Assembly: GCA_947459525.1 (NCBI GenBank)
Contig: CANHDW010000003.1
Location: forward strand, 1-49,849
Source of the DNA: Candidatus Caenarcanales bacterium
GTDB lineage: Bacteria > Cyanobacteriota > Vampirovibrionia > LMEP-6097
DNA: 49,849 bases
Direction of reading: 5' to 3'
Part shown: piece after piece, positions 35,509 to 44,967 of the stretch
Numbering within the stretch: the stretch's first letter is position 1
How the letters are laid out: each line of letters begins with the position of its first letter
Position numbers and translations under genes: made by a program
The notes under the pieces: generated by a model
The model's database searches: none
What the model was told of the DNA's origin: nothing
Seen by the model: the letters and a program-made list of their open reading frames with translations, nothing else

Positions 35509-37114
35509 GAATCTTGGTTAGTGCTTTATAGTGTACGAGGTTCGCACCAGCTAGATTAATGTCAGCGATTTTACTATCGAAATCACATTCAACATGAACA
35601 GTATTAGGAAAGTGTTTTTTAAAATTTAAAATAAGAGACAGCTGTGCAACTCCATCTTTAATAAGATTTTCTAATTTCGGATCGCTCCAGCACTGGAAAG
35701 TTAATATCAAATATTTTAAAGTACTCTTTGAGATTTCGTTTGATTCTTTTTCTAGGTGGTCTAATATTAAATCAATCAGAGACTCAGTTCCCGCGGAAAA
35801 TTTTATTAATTTGGCTTCTGGAAATACTTTCATGATCACTTCGCTCTCTAGCTTAGGGTGTTCAAAAACAAGAATATAATCAGGCTTAAGTGGGAGCAAA
35901 CTGGACAACTCAGCATTTAAACCATTTTGAGCTTTGTATTTTATTTGAATGCTGTCTTGAACTATGTTTGACATCTCTTGTATTAATTTTTCTCTATGGC
36001 TAGCGCCTAAAGTGTGTTTTATAGTACTGTTCTTATCTAAGTTAGAACTGTGTTGGCTTTCTAACACTGTTATTTTTTTAGTTTTAAGCTGATTTTTAGT
36101 TAGTTTAATTTTTTCGATGGAATTTTCGATACGCTCACGCAAAGATTTACTGAAATGGCAGGTAGGGCTAGATCTCTCTATCTCTAAGGCTTCGTCTAGA
36201 TTAGTGTTCCAGATAATTAGATCATTGCCAGCCTTTATCATTAATTCACAGATTCTTTTATAATCCCCAAATGCATTCAGAGCTTTCATCGTAATTTCAT
36301 CAGTTACACACAGACCTTTAAACTTAAGTTCTTGCTGAAGAAGACCTTCTACGAAAAAAGGATTAATGCTTGCTGGTAGTTTTTCTAATATTTCCTGCGT
36401 AACTTTATTGTGATGAGAAGTATTTCCTAAGAGTTTTTTTTGAATGCTCTCTGGAAGCTTATAAATAGCGTGGGCCGTCATGACCATGTCTATTTCAGAG
36501 TTTATCGCTGCACGAAAAGGCTCTAGATGATTATTAAAGGATGATTCTTCGCTTAGATCTATGTAAGGTAGAGAATAGTGAGAATCTTTACTAGAGTCGC
36601 CATGTCCAGGAAAGTGTTTGGCACAGTTAAGCAAGGGGTATTTTTTTAATTCATTGATGATAGTGGTAGCCTGCTTGGAGACTAGCTTGGCATCGTTCCC
36701 AAGGCTTCTCGTGCCGATAATGGGATTAAGAGGGTTAGTATTTAAATCTAAGCAGGGAGCGAAAACTAGATTAAAGCCCAAATCAATTAATTCAGAAGCA
36801 AAGAGCTGAGTGTGTGAATTTAAATAATCAGGATTCTTTCTGCTAGCAGTACCTAGAGCATAGAGACTTGGCAAGCTTGCTGAAACTTTTCTAAGGCGCT
36901 CTACCTTACCGCCTTCTTGATCGACGCTAATTAAAATATCTTCGCCTAATAAATCTTTTAAATCGGCGATGAGTTTTTTTAACTGAGCGGTTTCTTCTAT
37001 ATTGGTATCAAAAAGAATTAATCCAGCTGGCTTTAACTCTAAAAGTTTACTTACGGTTTCTTTGTCTAAAGTGGCTCCCTTAAAGCCACAGATGAAGAGA
37101 TTGCTGAGTTGCAT
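35495..37114 (-). CDS. nagZ: beta-N-acetylhexosaminidase (GH3, NagZ-like)
   Basis: VDQEGGKV, APCLD, KHFPGHG..DSH, MTAH and TD..MKA motifs. Confidence 0.88.
   Translation of the reverse strand: MQLSNLFICGFKGATLDKETVSKLLELKPAGLILFDTNIEETAQLKKLIADLKDLLGEDILISVDQEGGKVERLRKVSASLPSLYALGTASRKNPDYLNSHTQLFASELIDLGFNLVFAPCLDLNTNPLNPIIGTRSLGNDAKLVSKQATTIINELKKYPLLNCAKHFPGHGDSSKDSHYSLPYIDLSEESSFNNHLEPFRAAINSEIDMVMTAHAIYKLPESIQKKLLGNTSHHNKVTQEILEKLPASINPFFVEGLLQQELKFKGLCVTDEITMKALNAFGDYKRICELMIKAGNDLIIWNTNLDEALEIERSSPTCHFSKSLRERIENSIEKIKLTKNQLKTKKITVLESQHSSNLDKNSTIKHTLGASHREKLIQEMSNIVQDSIQIKYKAQNGLNAELSSLLPLKPDYILVFEHPKLESEVIMKVFPEAKLIKFSAGTESLIDLILDHLEKESNEISKSTLKYLILTFQCWSDPKLENLIKDGVAQLSLILNFKKHFPNTVHVECDFDSKIADINLAGANLVHYKALTKILTLL
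35635..35659 (-). repeat. in-frame MITE TIR remnant in nagZ (KDGVAQLS)
   Basis: GAGACAGCTGTGCAACTCCAT versus GAGACCACTGCACAACTCCAT. Confidence 0.5.
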
Positions 37115-37156
37115 AATGCTTTAATTATCTCACGGATATTTTATCATTAAGTTTTA

Positions 37157-37228
37157 AAGTATCTAATTTATTAGATATTTTGTAAATAATATTATTAAGT
37201 ATCTAATTTATTAGATACTTAATAATAT
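37157..37228. promoter_or_regulatory. two palindromic HipB-type operators TATCT-N8-AGATA
   Basis: AAGTATCTAATTTATTAGATAYTT at 37157 and 37197; E. coli HipB operator is TATCC-N8-GGATA. Confidence 0.8.
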
Positions 37229-37263
37229 GGTGGGTATAATATCTGATAGATTGGATATTTTAT

Positions 37264-38445
37264 ATGGCTAATTCTGATTGGGCGAAAGTCTATTTAAATG
37301 ATGATTTTGTTGGTTATTTAGAAGAACAACCAGGTGGAAGAACTTGTTTTACTTATGATGAGAGTTTTATACAAAGCAGTAATAATCCAGTATCGGTAAC
37401 ATTACCTTTAAATATAAATAAGCATTATTCTGAAAATGGCTTACATCCTTTTTTTGATAATCTTGTCGCAGAGGGATGGCTTGCACAGATTCAAGCTAAA
37501 GCTTTAGGTATCCGTGAAAATGATCGATTTAAATTATTAATGGCTTTTGGTTATGATTTGATCGGGGCTATGACGGTAGTCGATCCAGATCCACAGTATC
37601 AAATCCACCTTGATAAAAATGATTATGTAAAAAAAATAGCTGTAAAATCTAAAGCTTCTATGTCTGGTGTGCAGCCTAAAATACTAGTAACTTTAGGAGA
37701 AAATGGTTTCGTACCTGTCAATTTAGGAGAGACTTCTACGTATATTGCGAAGCTGAAAGGTAAGTATCCATTAATTTTAGAGAATGAATATCTTTGCATG
37801 AAGGTAGCTGAAATTTTACTCAGACCTGATGAAGTTGCAGAAACTCAGCTTGCTGAGATAGAAGGTATTGGTGAGGCATTATTGGTGAAACGCTTTGACA
37901 GGCTTGAAAATAAAACTAAAGTACATTTTGAAGAATTTGCTTCGCTGCTACACATGAAGGCTATAGATAAATATGATTTAAGCTATAAAGATTTAGCTGA
38001 TTATATGAATAACAGTGAACTATGTAATAAAGTTGACGTTGAAAAGCTCTTTAGAAGGGTTTTGGCTTGTATACTTTTAGGCAATACTGATGCACATTTG
38101 AAAAATTTTGCTATGTTATATAATGCTGCTGGTCTAAAGTTAAGCCCTCTGTATGATATGGTTTTTGTGAGATATTATGAAGAACTGACCCCTAATCTAG
38201 CTTTAGGGTTTAATTCTAAACTTGACTTGCCCTTAGGCGATATCAAAGCTAAGCATTTAAAGATACTTTGTGCAGATTTTAATTTACGTGAAGCTGTTTT
38301 AGAACAGGCAGTAAAAGATTTTTCTTCTAAGTTGGATCAAGTCTATGATTTTATAGAAGCTTGTAAAAAGGTAAATCCTTCGTTGAGAAAAGCTTTTAGG
38401 GAGCATATTAAAAAAAGATGGAACGGCATATTCAAAAATATTTAA
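37264..38445 (+). CDS. hipA: HipA-family kinase toxin including the N-terminal couple domain
   Basis: PFFDNL..EG, SMSGVQPK, GNTDAHLKNF and LSPLYD motifs. Confidence 0.92.
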   Translation: MANSDWAKVYLNDDFVGYLEEQPGGRTCFTYDESFIQSSNNPVSVTLPLNINKHYSENGLHPFFDNLVAEGWLAQIQAKALGIRENDRFKLLMAFGYDLIGAMTVVDPDPQYQIHLDKNDYVKKIAVKSKASMSGVQPKILVTLGENGFVPVNLGETSTYIAKLKGKYPLILENEYLCMKVAEILLRPDEVAETQLAEIEGIGEALLVKRFDRLENKTKVHFEEFASLLHMKAIDKYDLSYKDLADYMNNSELCNKVDVEKLFRRVLACILLGNTDAHLKNFAMLYNAAGLKLSPLYDMVFVRYYEELTPNLALGFNSKLDLPLGDIKAKHLKILCADFNLREAVLEQAVKDFSSKLDQVYDFIEACKKVNPSLRKAFREHIKKRWNGIFKNI

Positions 38446-38756
38446 AAACTATAGTTACTGAGATTAAGTCTGAGCGAAAAAAGCAGAAAGTATCTCAAAA
38501 AAGATTATCTGCCTTAACGGGAATTAGCACTCAAACTATTTCACGTTTTGAACAAGCTGAGGAGAATATACAGTTTTCTACTGTACTTCAACTTGCAGAT
38601 GCCTTAGGCTTGCATCTCGAAATTGCTTCACCAAGAGGTTTTCAATTGCTAGTTAAAAGACTTTTGCGATATGCTTTAGAGAAAGATATACCTGAAGTGG
38701 CTGATTTAATGCTTGATGAGGAGATTAGAGCTATCGTGCAGAGGGTGATTCAGTAA
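38418..38756 (+). CDS. XRE-family HTH regulator, HipB-like antitoxin candidate
   Basis: RKKQKVSQKRLSALTGISTQTISRFE; overlaps the hipA end. Confidence 0.85.
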   Translation: MERHIQKYLKTIVTEIKSERKKQKVSQKRLSALTGISTQTISRFEQAEENIQFSTVLQLADALGLHLEIASPRGFQLLVKRLLRYALEKDIPEVADLMLDEEIRAIVQRVIQ

Positions 38757-38782
38757 TTTTAAGAGACTAGGGTTATATTTAT

Positions 38783-39694
38783 TTAAATCAAAGACCATTT
38801 ATTTAAATAGCTTTCGTATAAAGCTAATCCCTGTATATGTTCATCGGTGAAATCATAATTTAAAGTCTGAAAATAATTACTTAAAATATTTTTCTGTAAG
38901 TTTGTCTTAGAGTGGCTTATGTCTATTATTTCATCTAAATTTTCATTGAGTCCCATGGTTTTTGCTCTAATAATAAGGCTTTGTAGGAATTCCTCTTTCT
39001 TAGGGTTTAGTTTATGAGCCCATACTCCAAATACCATTGGCAGTCCATTTGATAAATCAAACCATTCTTCGCCAAGATCATAAATGTATTGATAATTCAC
39101 AGCGTGAATATCTTCAGGTATTGGATTCGCTTCGAGTAAAGCTTTATCACCTATTAATAATTTATTAGGCAAACCTGCTCCCCTGCCAGAAAATTTAATA
39201 AATTCGATATTTTTAAGATCTAGATTATATTTTTCAGCTAATAGTATTTTTAATAAACCTACTGAACTTGCACTTTCTTCGCTTACGTTTATTTTAGGTT
39301 TTAAGCCATTCTCTTGTAAACTTTTTAGCTCTTTAAAGCTTTGATTAGAGAAGAATAATACGCTTTTCACTTTACCAAAGGCGCTGATAGAAATTCGTTT
39401 AAGTAATTTGTAGTGTTTTTTCCTTTTGAGATAGGCGAAGCTAGAAATAGGTGCTGCGTCTATTAGGCCTTCTGCAAAGAGTTTATTTAAATCATTTGGT
39501 ACGCCTGTGTTAATCTCTATTTTAAAATCATCCTCTTTAGTTTCAGTGCTTTCATCTTTTAAATACTGAGATTGAATAATTTTATTTAAAGGGTAATTGA
39601 AAATTTCACAGTTAATATATGATATTTCACCAAGTTTAATTAAGGGAGAGTTATCCAAAGAACCTCTGCTCATCTGTATTTCAGTAATGTTCAT
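38783..39694 (-). CDS. mqnA: chorismate dehydratase MqnA (futalosine pathway)
   Basis: ISYINC, VKSV, SASSV, LLIGDKAL and DLGEEW...GLPMVFGVW motifs. Confidence 0.88.
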   Translation of the reverse strand: MNITEIQMSRGSLDNSPLIKLGEISYINCEIFNYPLNKIIQSQYLKDESTETKEDDFKIEINTGVPNDLNKLFAEGLIDAAPISSFAYLKRKKHYKLLKRISISAFGKVKSVLFFSNQSFKELKSLQENGLKPKINVSEESASSVGLLKILLAEKYNLDLKNIEFIKFSGRGAGLPNKLLIGDKALLEANPIPEDIHAVNYQYIYDLGEEWFDLSNGLPMVFGVWAHKLNPKKEEFLQSLIIRAKTMGLNENLDEIIDISHSKTNLQKNILSNYFQTLNYDFTDEHIQGLALYESYLNKWSLI

Positions 39695-41384
39695 ATTTAG
39701 CTGCTATCGGCATTTTCCTGCCATAGCCGAAAGTTAATTCTTTAACTTTAATAATGGGTGGATATTGCTGTCTTTTATATTCGTTTCTATCTATCATGCC
39801 TAAGATGCTGAGTACAGTCGGTTCATAGAAGCCCATTTCGACTATTTCTGTAAGTGATTTTCGCTTCTCGACGTAATTCATAATAATGGCATCTAGCTTA
39901 GAATAAGGTGGCAGGCTATCTTCATCTTTTTGATTTTCTCTTAGTTCAGCTGTCGGAGCTTTCTTGCAGATGTTATCGGGAATAGTTAGTCCTACATCTA
40001 ATGAAACGGTGTTTTGGTTAATGTAGTCTACGAGAGCATAGACTTCTGTTTTTAAAAGATCACCTATAGGAGCTATGCTGCCACAGGTGTCACCGTAAAT
40101 AGTGGCATAACCTACAGCTAACTCGGATTTATTGCTTGTAGCTAATAGTAGAGAGTTTTCTGTATTAGAAATAGCTAAGAGTATATTGGCTCTGAGTCGT
40201 GCTTGAACATTCTCATTTGCAAGTTTGCTTATTTTGGGCACAGTCTCCAGCATCGTTTCATGAAGTTCCTTTATGCTAATGTTGCGGTAGTCTATACCAA
40301 GATTTTTTGCTAGCTGTTGAGCGTCTTTTAGGCTTTCTTTACTTGTAAATTTAGAAGCTAACATTATGCCACTGACATTCTCTTTGCCGAGGGCTTGAAC
40401 TGCTAAATATGCTACTAGGGCAGAATCTATTCCACCAGAGAGGCCTAATATCGCTTTTTTAAAACCACATTTTTTAAAGTAATCTTGTATGCCGAGCTTT
40501 AAAGCTGAGAGTATTTCGCCATAAGCTTTTATATCGCTGATAAAGAGTTCAGTATTGTTTTCTTCGACTATGTTTAAGCCTAGATTGTCGTGAAATGCTT
40601 TTTCCTCATTCTTCATAAGAGACTCGATATCTATCTCCATAAGGTCTTCAATAAAAGAACGTCCCTGTCTAGTTACATAGCCGTATTTATTTACCACGAG
40701 CGAAGCACCGTCAAAGACTAGATGGTCATTAGAACCTACTTGGTTACAGTAGAGTATCGGTACTTGGTGTTTTTCAGCTGCATGAGTAATAAGGCTCTGT
40801 CTAAGTTTAATTTTATTAATGTAATAGGGAGAAGCTGAGCAGTTAATGATTAATTTAGCTCCAAGTTTAATTAATTTAGCGATGGGATCTATGTCATAGA
40901 GATTCTTAAGCTCATCTGCCCACAGGTCTTCACAGATGCTGATTCCTAGCTTATATCCACCGAAATCTAAAGTTTTAAATTCTTTATTAGATTCGAAATA
41001 TCTTGTCTCATCAAACACATCATAATTAGGGAGTAAAGTTTTTCTAAATACGTCAGCTACTTTATTCCAAGTTATAAAGAACACTGAATTGAAAAGCTCT
41101 TTACCAGTAGTGTCGTTAGAACTTACTCCACCTACTAATATACCTAAATTCGCAGGGCAGAGTTCGGAGAGCTGTTTTAAATAGTCACCTTGCCTAATTA
41201 ACAATTCTTTTTTAAATAGTAAGTCTCTTGCGGGGTAGCCGATTAAACTAAGCTCTGGAAATATGATTAACTTAGGATTAGAATCTTTTTTACTATTAAC
41301 TATATTAATAATATCTACGTGCTTCTCGAAATTAGTTCTAAGATCGCCGACTATAGGGTTAATTTGTGCTAAAAAGGCTTTCAT
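39681..41384 (-). CDS. nadE: glutamine-dependent NAD+ synthetase
   Basis: FPEL, LPNYDVFDE, ICEDLW, GLSGGIDS and NKSE...GYATIYGD motifs. Confidence 0.95.
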   Translation of the reverse strand: MKAFLAQINPIVGDLRTNFEKHVDIINIVNSKKDSNPKLIIFPELSLIGYPARDLLFKKELLIRQGDYLKQLSELCPANLGILVGGVSSNDTTGKELFNSVFFITWNKVADVFRKTLLPNYDVFDETRYFESNKEFKTLDFGGYKLGISICEDLWADELKNLYDIDPIAKLIKLGAKLIINCSASPYYINKIKLRQSLITHAAEKHQVPILYCNQVGSNDHLVFDGASLVVNKYGYVTRQGRSFIEDLMEIDIESLMKNEEKAFHDNLGLNIVEENNTELFISDIKAYGEILSALKLGIQDYFKKCGFKKAILGLSGGIDSALVAYLAVQALGKENVSGIMLASKFTSKESLKDAQQLAKNLGIDYRNISIKELHETMLETVPKISKLANENVQARLRANILLAISNTENSLLLATSNKSELAVGYATIYGDTCGSIAPIGDLLKTEVYALVDYINQNTVSLDVGLTIPDNICKKAPTAELRENQKDEDSLPPYSKLDAIIMNYVEKRKSLTEIVEMGFYEPTVLSILGMIDRNEYKRQQYPPIIKVKELTFGYGRKMPIAAKYEHY

Positions 41385-41405
41385 TTTATGCTAGTATCGT
41401 GTCCT

Positions 41406-42788
41406 ATGATAGCTCAAGGTGCTTCTCTTAGTTCTAAATTAGACCAAATTTCTAGCCACTTGAAACCGCTTAGTTATGCGGTCGATGCAAACAATAATAT
41501 TACAATAGCAGGACTTAAAGTAAAAGATTTACTTACTAAATATGGCAGTCCTCTATATATTCTCTGTGAAGAAACTATTCGTACTCGTGCAAGGCTCTAT
41601 GTAAATACCTTTAAGAAATTTTATTCAGGCGAAAGCTTAGTTATTTATGCAAGTAAGGCACTTAACTGTAAAGCCGTCTGTAAGATTATAGATTCTGAGG
41701 GCTTAGGCATAGATGTGGTTAGTGGTGGAGAGCTGTTTACTGCATTATCAGTAGGCTTCCCGAAAGAAAAAATTATTTTTCATGGTAATAATAAGGCTAA
41801 AGATGAACTTAAGATGGCGATAGAGAATCAAATCGGCTCTATTATGCTGGATAATTTTTATGAATTAGAACTTATTTCAGAGCTGCTCTGCGAAGAATTT
41901 TCTGTAGATACGGTAGTGAACCTCTCTATTAGAGTGACTCCGGGTATTGAATGTCATACCCATGAATATATTAAGACTGGCAGAATTGATAGTAAGTTTG
42001 GTTTCGATCTGTCTCAGGTTGATGAACTTATTTCTAAAATACTGACTCTGAAAGAGAAGTATAAAAATATAAATATTAAAGGTCTGCATGCCCATATAGG
42101 TTCACAGATATTTGAAACTATGCCGCATAACGACGTAGCGGGAGTTTTACTGAATCAATACAAAAGCCTTAAGGATAAATACGGCATTAGCTTACAGGAT
42201 ATTAATGTCGGTGGTGGTTTAGGTATTAAATATCATGAACACGATGATCCTCCAGAGATTAATGACTGGGTGAAAGTTGTGGCTGATTCTATAGTTGCTA
42301 ACTGTAAAGCACTGAATTTAGATTTGCCAAGAGTAATAGTGGAGCCTGGTAGAAGTATAGTAGGACCCGCTGGTATAACAGCTTATAAGGTCGGGAATAT
42401 TAAGAATATTCCGAATCTGCGTAAGTATGTGGCTGTTGATGGTGGTATGGCAGATAATGTTAGGCACATTATGTATCAAGCTCGTTACTATGCTGAGGTA
42501 GATGGAAAGATTAATGACGCTAAAACTGAAAAAGTCACTATTGCAGGTAAATTCTGTGAGTCTGGGGATATACTGATCCGTGATATCGATCTTCCAGAAC
42601 TAAATCATGATGATGTCCTTGTGGTCTATTCGACAGGTGCTTATAACTATAGTATGGCAAGTAACTATAATCGCGTGCGAAGACCAGCCATGCTACTTGT
42701 AAATAACGGCAGAGCCGATATTATTATAAGAAGAGAGACTTATGAGGACGTCCTACAATGGGATGAGCTACCTCAGAACTTATCTTAG
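41406..42788 (+). CDS. lysA: diaminopimelate decarboxylase
   Basis: YASKA, HAHIGSQ, EPGRS, CESGD and GAY motifs; ATG 41406 preferred over 41388. Confidence 0.93.
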   Translation: MIAQGASLSSKLDQISSHLKPLSYAVDANNNITIAGLKVKDLLTKYGSPLYILCEETIRTRARLYVNTFKKFYSGESLVIYASKALNCKAVCKIIDSEGLGIDVVSGGELFTALSVGFPKEKIIFHGNNKAKDELKMAIENQIGSIMLDNFYELELISELLCEEFSVDTVVNLSIRVTPGIECHTHEYIKTGRIDSKFGFDLSQVDELISKILTLKEKYKNINIKGLHAHIGSQIFETMPHNDVAGVLLNQYKSLKDKYGISLQDINVGGGLGIKYHEHDDPPEINDWVKVVADSIVANCKALNLDLPRVIVEPGRSIVGPAGITAYKVGNIKNIPNLRKYVAVDGGMADNVRHIMYQARYYAEVDGKINDAKTEKVTIAGKFCESGDILIRDIDLPELNHDDVLVVYSTGAYNYSMASNYNRVRRPAMLLVNNGRADIIIRRETYEDVLQWDELPQNLS

Positions 42789-42825
42789 AGAACTAGCAGA
42801 AAGCCTTTAAGGAGGTTGTACCACT

Positions 42826-43758
42826 ATCCCAGCTGATAACACTAGTCTAGAGCTGAACTATTTAGATGTAGGCGAGCTTTTATATAAGTTCTTAGATATA
42901 GAGTTTAATACTGTAAGTCTTTTTACGGTAGCGATACAGCTTGCGATTTTAGCTTGGTTAGTATATCAGGCTTATGATCGTTTTAAAGGCACACAAGCAG
43001 AGAGAATCTTAAGAGGTTTAATTATGCTTCTGCCAGTAATGATGCTTTGCTATATCCTGAAACTTAGTATACTAACTAAGATTTTTGAGATATTTTCGCA
43101 GACTTTTATTGTGGGCTTGATAGTTATATTCGCCCCTGAATTTCGCAGAGTATTAATTCAGTTAGGTGGTGAGTTTAATCTTTTAAATTATATAGACGGC
43201 CATAAATCTTTAGATCAGCTAGAGAATGCGAATAAAAATATTGTCGCTTCTTTGGAGATGCTACAGAAAAAGCGAGTAGGGGCTTTGATTATCGTAGAAA
43301 AGTCTCAGGCAGAGCGTTATTATATTAATGCAGGTTTCCCTATTAATGCAGATATCTCTAAGGAGCTGATGATGACTATCTTTGATAATAAATCTCCTTT
43401 GCATGATGGTGCTGTTATTATTCGTGGAACTCAGCTTGCTCTAGCTAGTGTTATATTGCCAATGACAGAGAACCCTAAGTTGGATTGGCAGTATGGAACT
43501 AGGCATAGGGCTGCTATTGGTTTTAGTGAAGTTACAGATGCTCTGTGCTTCGTGGTTTCAGAAGAGACTGGTGATATTTCTATGGCAAAGCAGGGGAAAT
43601 TAAAGCGATATGAGAGCCTCCTAGCTTTAGAGCAAGAGCTGAGTGATTTTTATCAGCATATTTATCATAATCGCAGTAAAAGAACGCAGATATTTAGTAC
43701 TTTGGGTAAGGTTTTAAGGAAAAGAAAAAAAATAATAGCTAGCGATGACGGTGTTTGA
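42826..43758 (+). CDS. cdaA: diadenylate cyclase CdaA/DacA, probable non-AUG start
   Basis: SPLHDGA and GTRHRAA motifs; the frame upstream of ATG 43024 encodes TM1 and KGTQA..ILRGL; start coordinate is tentative. Confidence 0.85.
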   Translation: MPADNTSLELNYLDVGELLYKFLDIEFNTVSLFTVAIQLAILAWLVYQAYDRFKGTQAERILRGLIMLLPVMMLCYILKLSILTKIFEIFSQTFIVGLIVIFAPEFRRVLIQLGGEFNLLNYIDGHKSLDQLENANKNIVASLEMLQKKRVGALIIVEKSQAERYYINAGFPINADISKELMMTIFDNKSPLHDGAVIIRGTQLALASVILPMTENPKLDWQYGTRHRAAIGFSEVTDALCFVVSEETGDISMAKQGKLKRYESLLALEQELSDFYQHIYHNRSKRTQIFSTLGKVLRKRKKIIASDDGV

Positions 43759-43774
43759 TAGAATGTTATGAGCT

Positions 43775-44512
43775 ATGAATCAGGAACTAAAAAAAGATAT
43801 TCTCGTCATCGATGATGATCCAGCTATACTCGAACTTGTGAGTTTTAATCTAGAATTGCAAGGCTATAATGTTGAATCTTGCGATAATGCTATAGATGGC
43901 TTGGCGATGGCTTTTCAGAAGCCACCACATCTAATTATTCTTGATTTAATGATGCCTAATATGGATGGTTTTACAGCCTGTCAGCGCATTAGACAGAATG
44001 ATGTAACGAAAGAAACACCAGTATTAATGCTTACGGCTCTTAACCGCACTAATGATAAAGTGACTGGTTTTGATTCTGGCGCTGATGATTATTTAACTAA
44101 GCCTTTTGAGCTTCCTGAGCTTTTTGTGCGTGTTAAAGCACTTCTCAGAAGATCTGGAGCTATTACTTTAGCTCAGTCGATTCCTGAAGTTCTTCATTCT
44201 GGAGATATTACTTTAATGCCAGAATCTAGAGAAGTTAAAATCGAAGATAAAATTTTAAGACTTACGCCGATTGAGTTTGAAGTCCTACATTGCTTAATGC
44301 AGAATCATGGTCAAACAGTATCACCAGGTCTTATTCTTAAAGAAGTCTGGGGTTATTCACCTGAAGATGATATAGATACCATCAGAGTACATATCCGTCA
44401 TTTAAGGTCTAGAATAGAAGCTGGGGTTAAGAAGTATATTAAGACAGTCTATGGTGGTGGCTATCAGTTAATTCCAGAGGGATTTTTAAAGAGCCATTCT
44501 GGGGCAGTCTAA
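43775..44512 (+). CDS. rpaA: OmpR-family response regulator, RpaA orthologue
   Basis: ILVIDDDPAI, LHCLMQNHGQTVSP, EVWGYSPEDDIDTIRVHIRHLR and YIKTVYG resemble cyanobacterial RpaA. Confidence 0.85.
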   Translation: MNQELKKDILVIDDDPAILELVSFNLELQGYNVESCDNAIDGLAMAFQKPPHLIILDLMMPNMDGFTACQRIRQNDVTKETPVLMLTALNRTNDKVTGFDSGADDYLTKPFELPELFVRVKALLRRSGAITLAQSIPEVLHSGDITLMPESREVKIEDKILRLTPIEFEVLHCLMQNHGQTVSPGLILKEVWGYSPEDDIDTIRVHIRHLRSRIEAGVKKYIKTVYGGGYQLIPEGFLKSHSGAV

Positions 44513-44521
44513 AACTTGTTA

Positions 44522-44550
44522 AAGGCTGATGCACAACCTGTATCGGTCTC
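44522..44550. mobile_element. 29-bp collapsed MITE hairpin
   Basis: AAGGCTGATGCACAACCTGTATCGGTCTC flanked by TGTTA and TGCTA. Confidence 0.65.
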
Positions 44551-44565
44551 TGCTAGAATGTTCTT

Positions 44566-44967
44566 ATGACTTTTCTTAAAAGATTATCTTTCTTGGTTCT
44601 TGCCTTAAGTTTATTCTTAACTGCAAGTCCCGTCTATAGCTCTCATGGAGCCGCTTCTAAAATTACTTCATCATTAATTTCTGTGCCTTTGGGTGGTTTT
44701 TTTGGTCTTGCACGTGGAGCTGTTTCTAAGTCTTCACAGTATGCTTCATCATTTTCTACAGAGTTCGGCGAAGGGTTGCTGCCAAGATTAATTGGTGTGC
44801 CAACGGGCTTCCTTATTGGTGGTGTCGCTGGTGGTGTGACAGGTCTTTTACGTGGTGTAATTAATGGTGTAAGTATTAGTCAGGACAGTCCCTTTTCAGC
44901 AGCTGCTATGAGCTTGGATGGTGATTTTATTGATTTCGATCCATATGATTTTAATGCTACATATTAA
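44566..44967 (+). CDS. glycine-rich exported or membrane hypothetical protein
   Basis: signal peptide plus GxxxG-rich helices. Confidence 0.65.
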   Translation: MTFLKRLSFLVLALSLFLTASPVYSSHGAASKITSSLISVPLGGFFGLARGAVSKSSQYASSFSTEFGEGLLPRLIGVPTGFLIGGVAGGVTGLLRGVINGVSISQDSPFSAAAMSLDGDFIDFDPYDFNATY

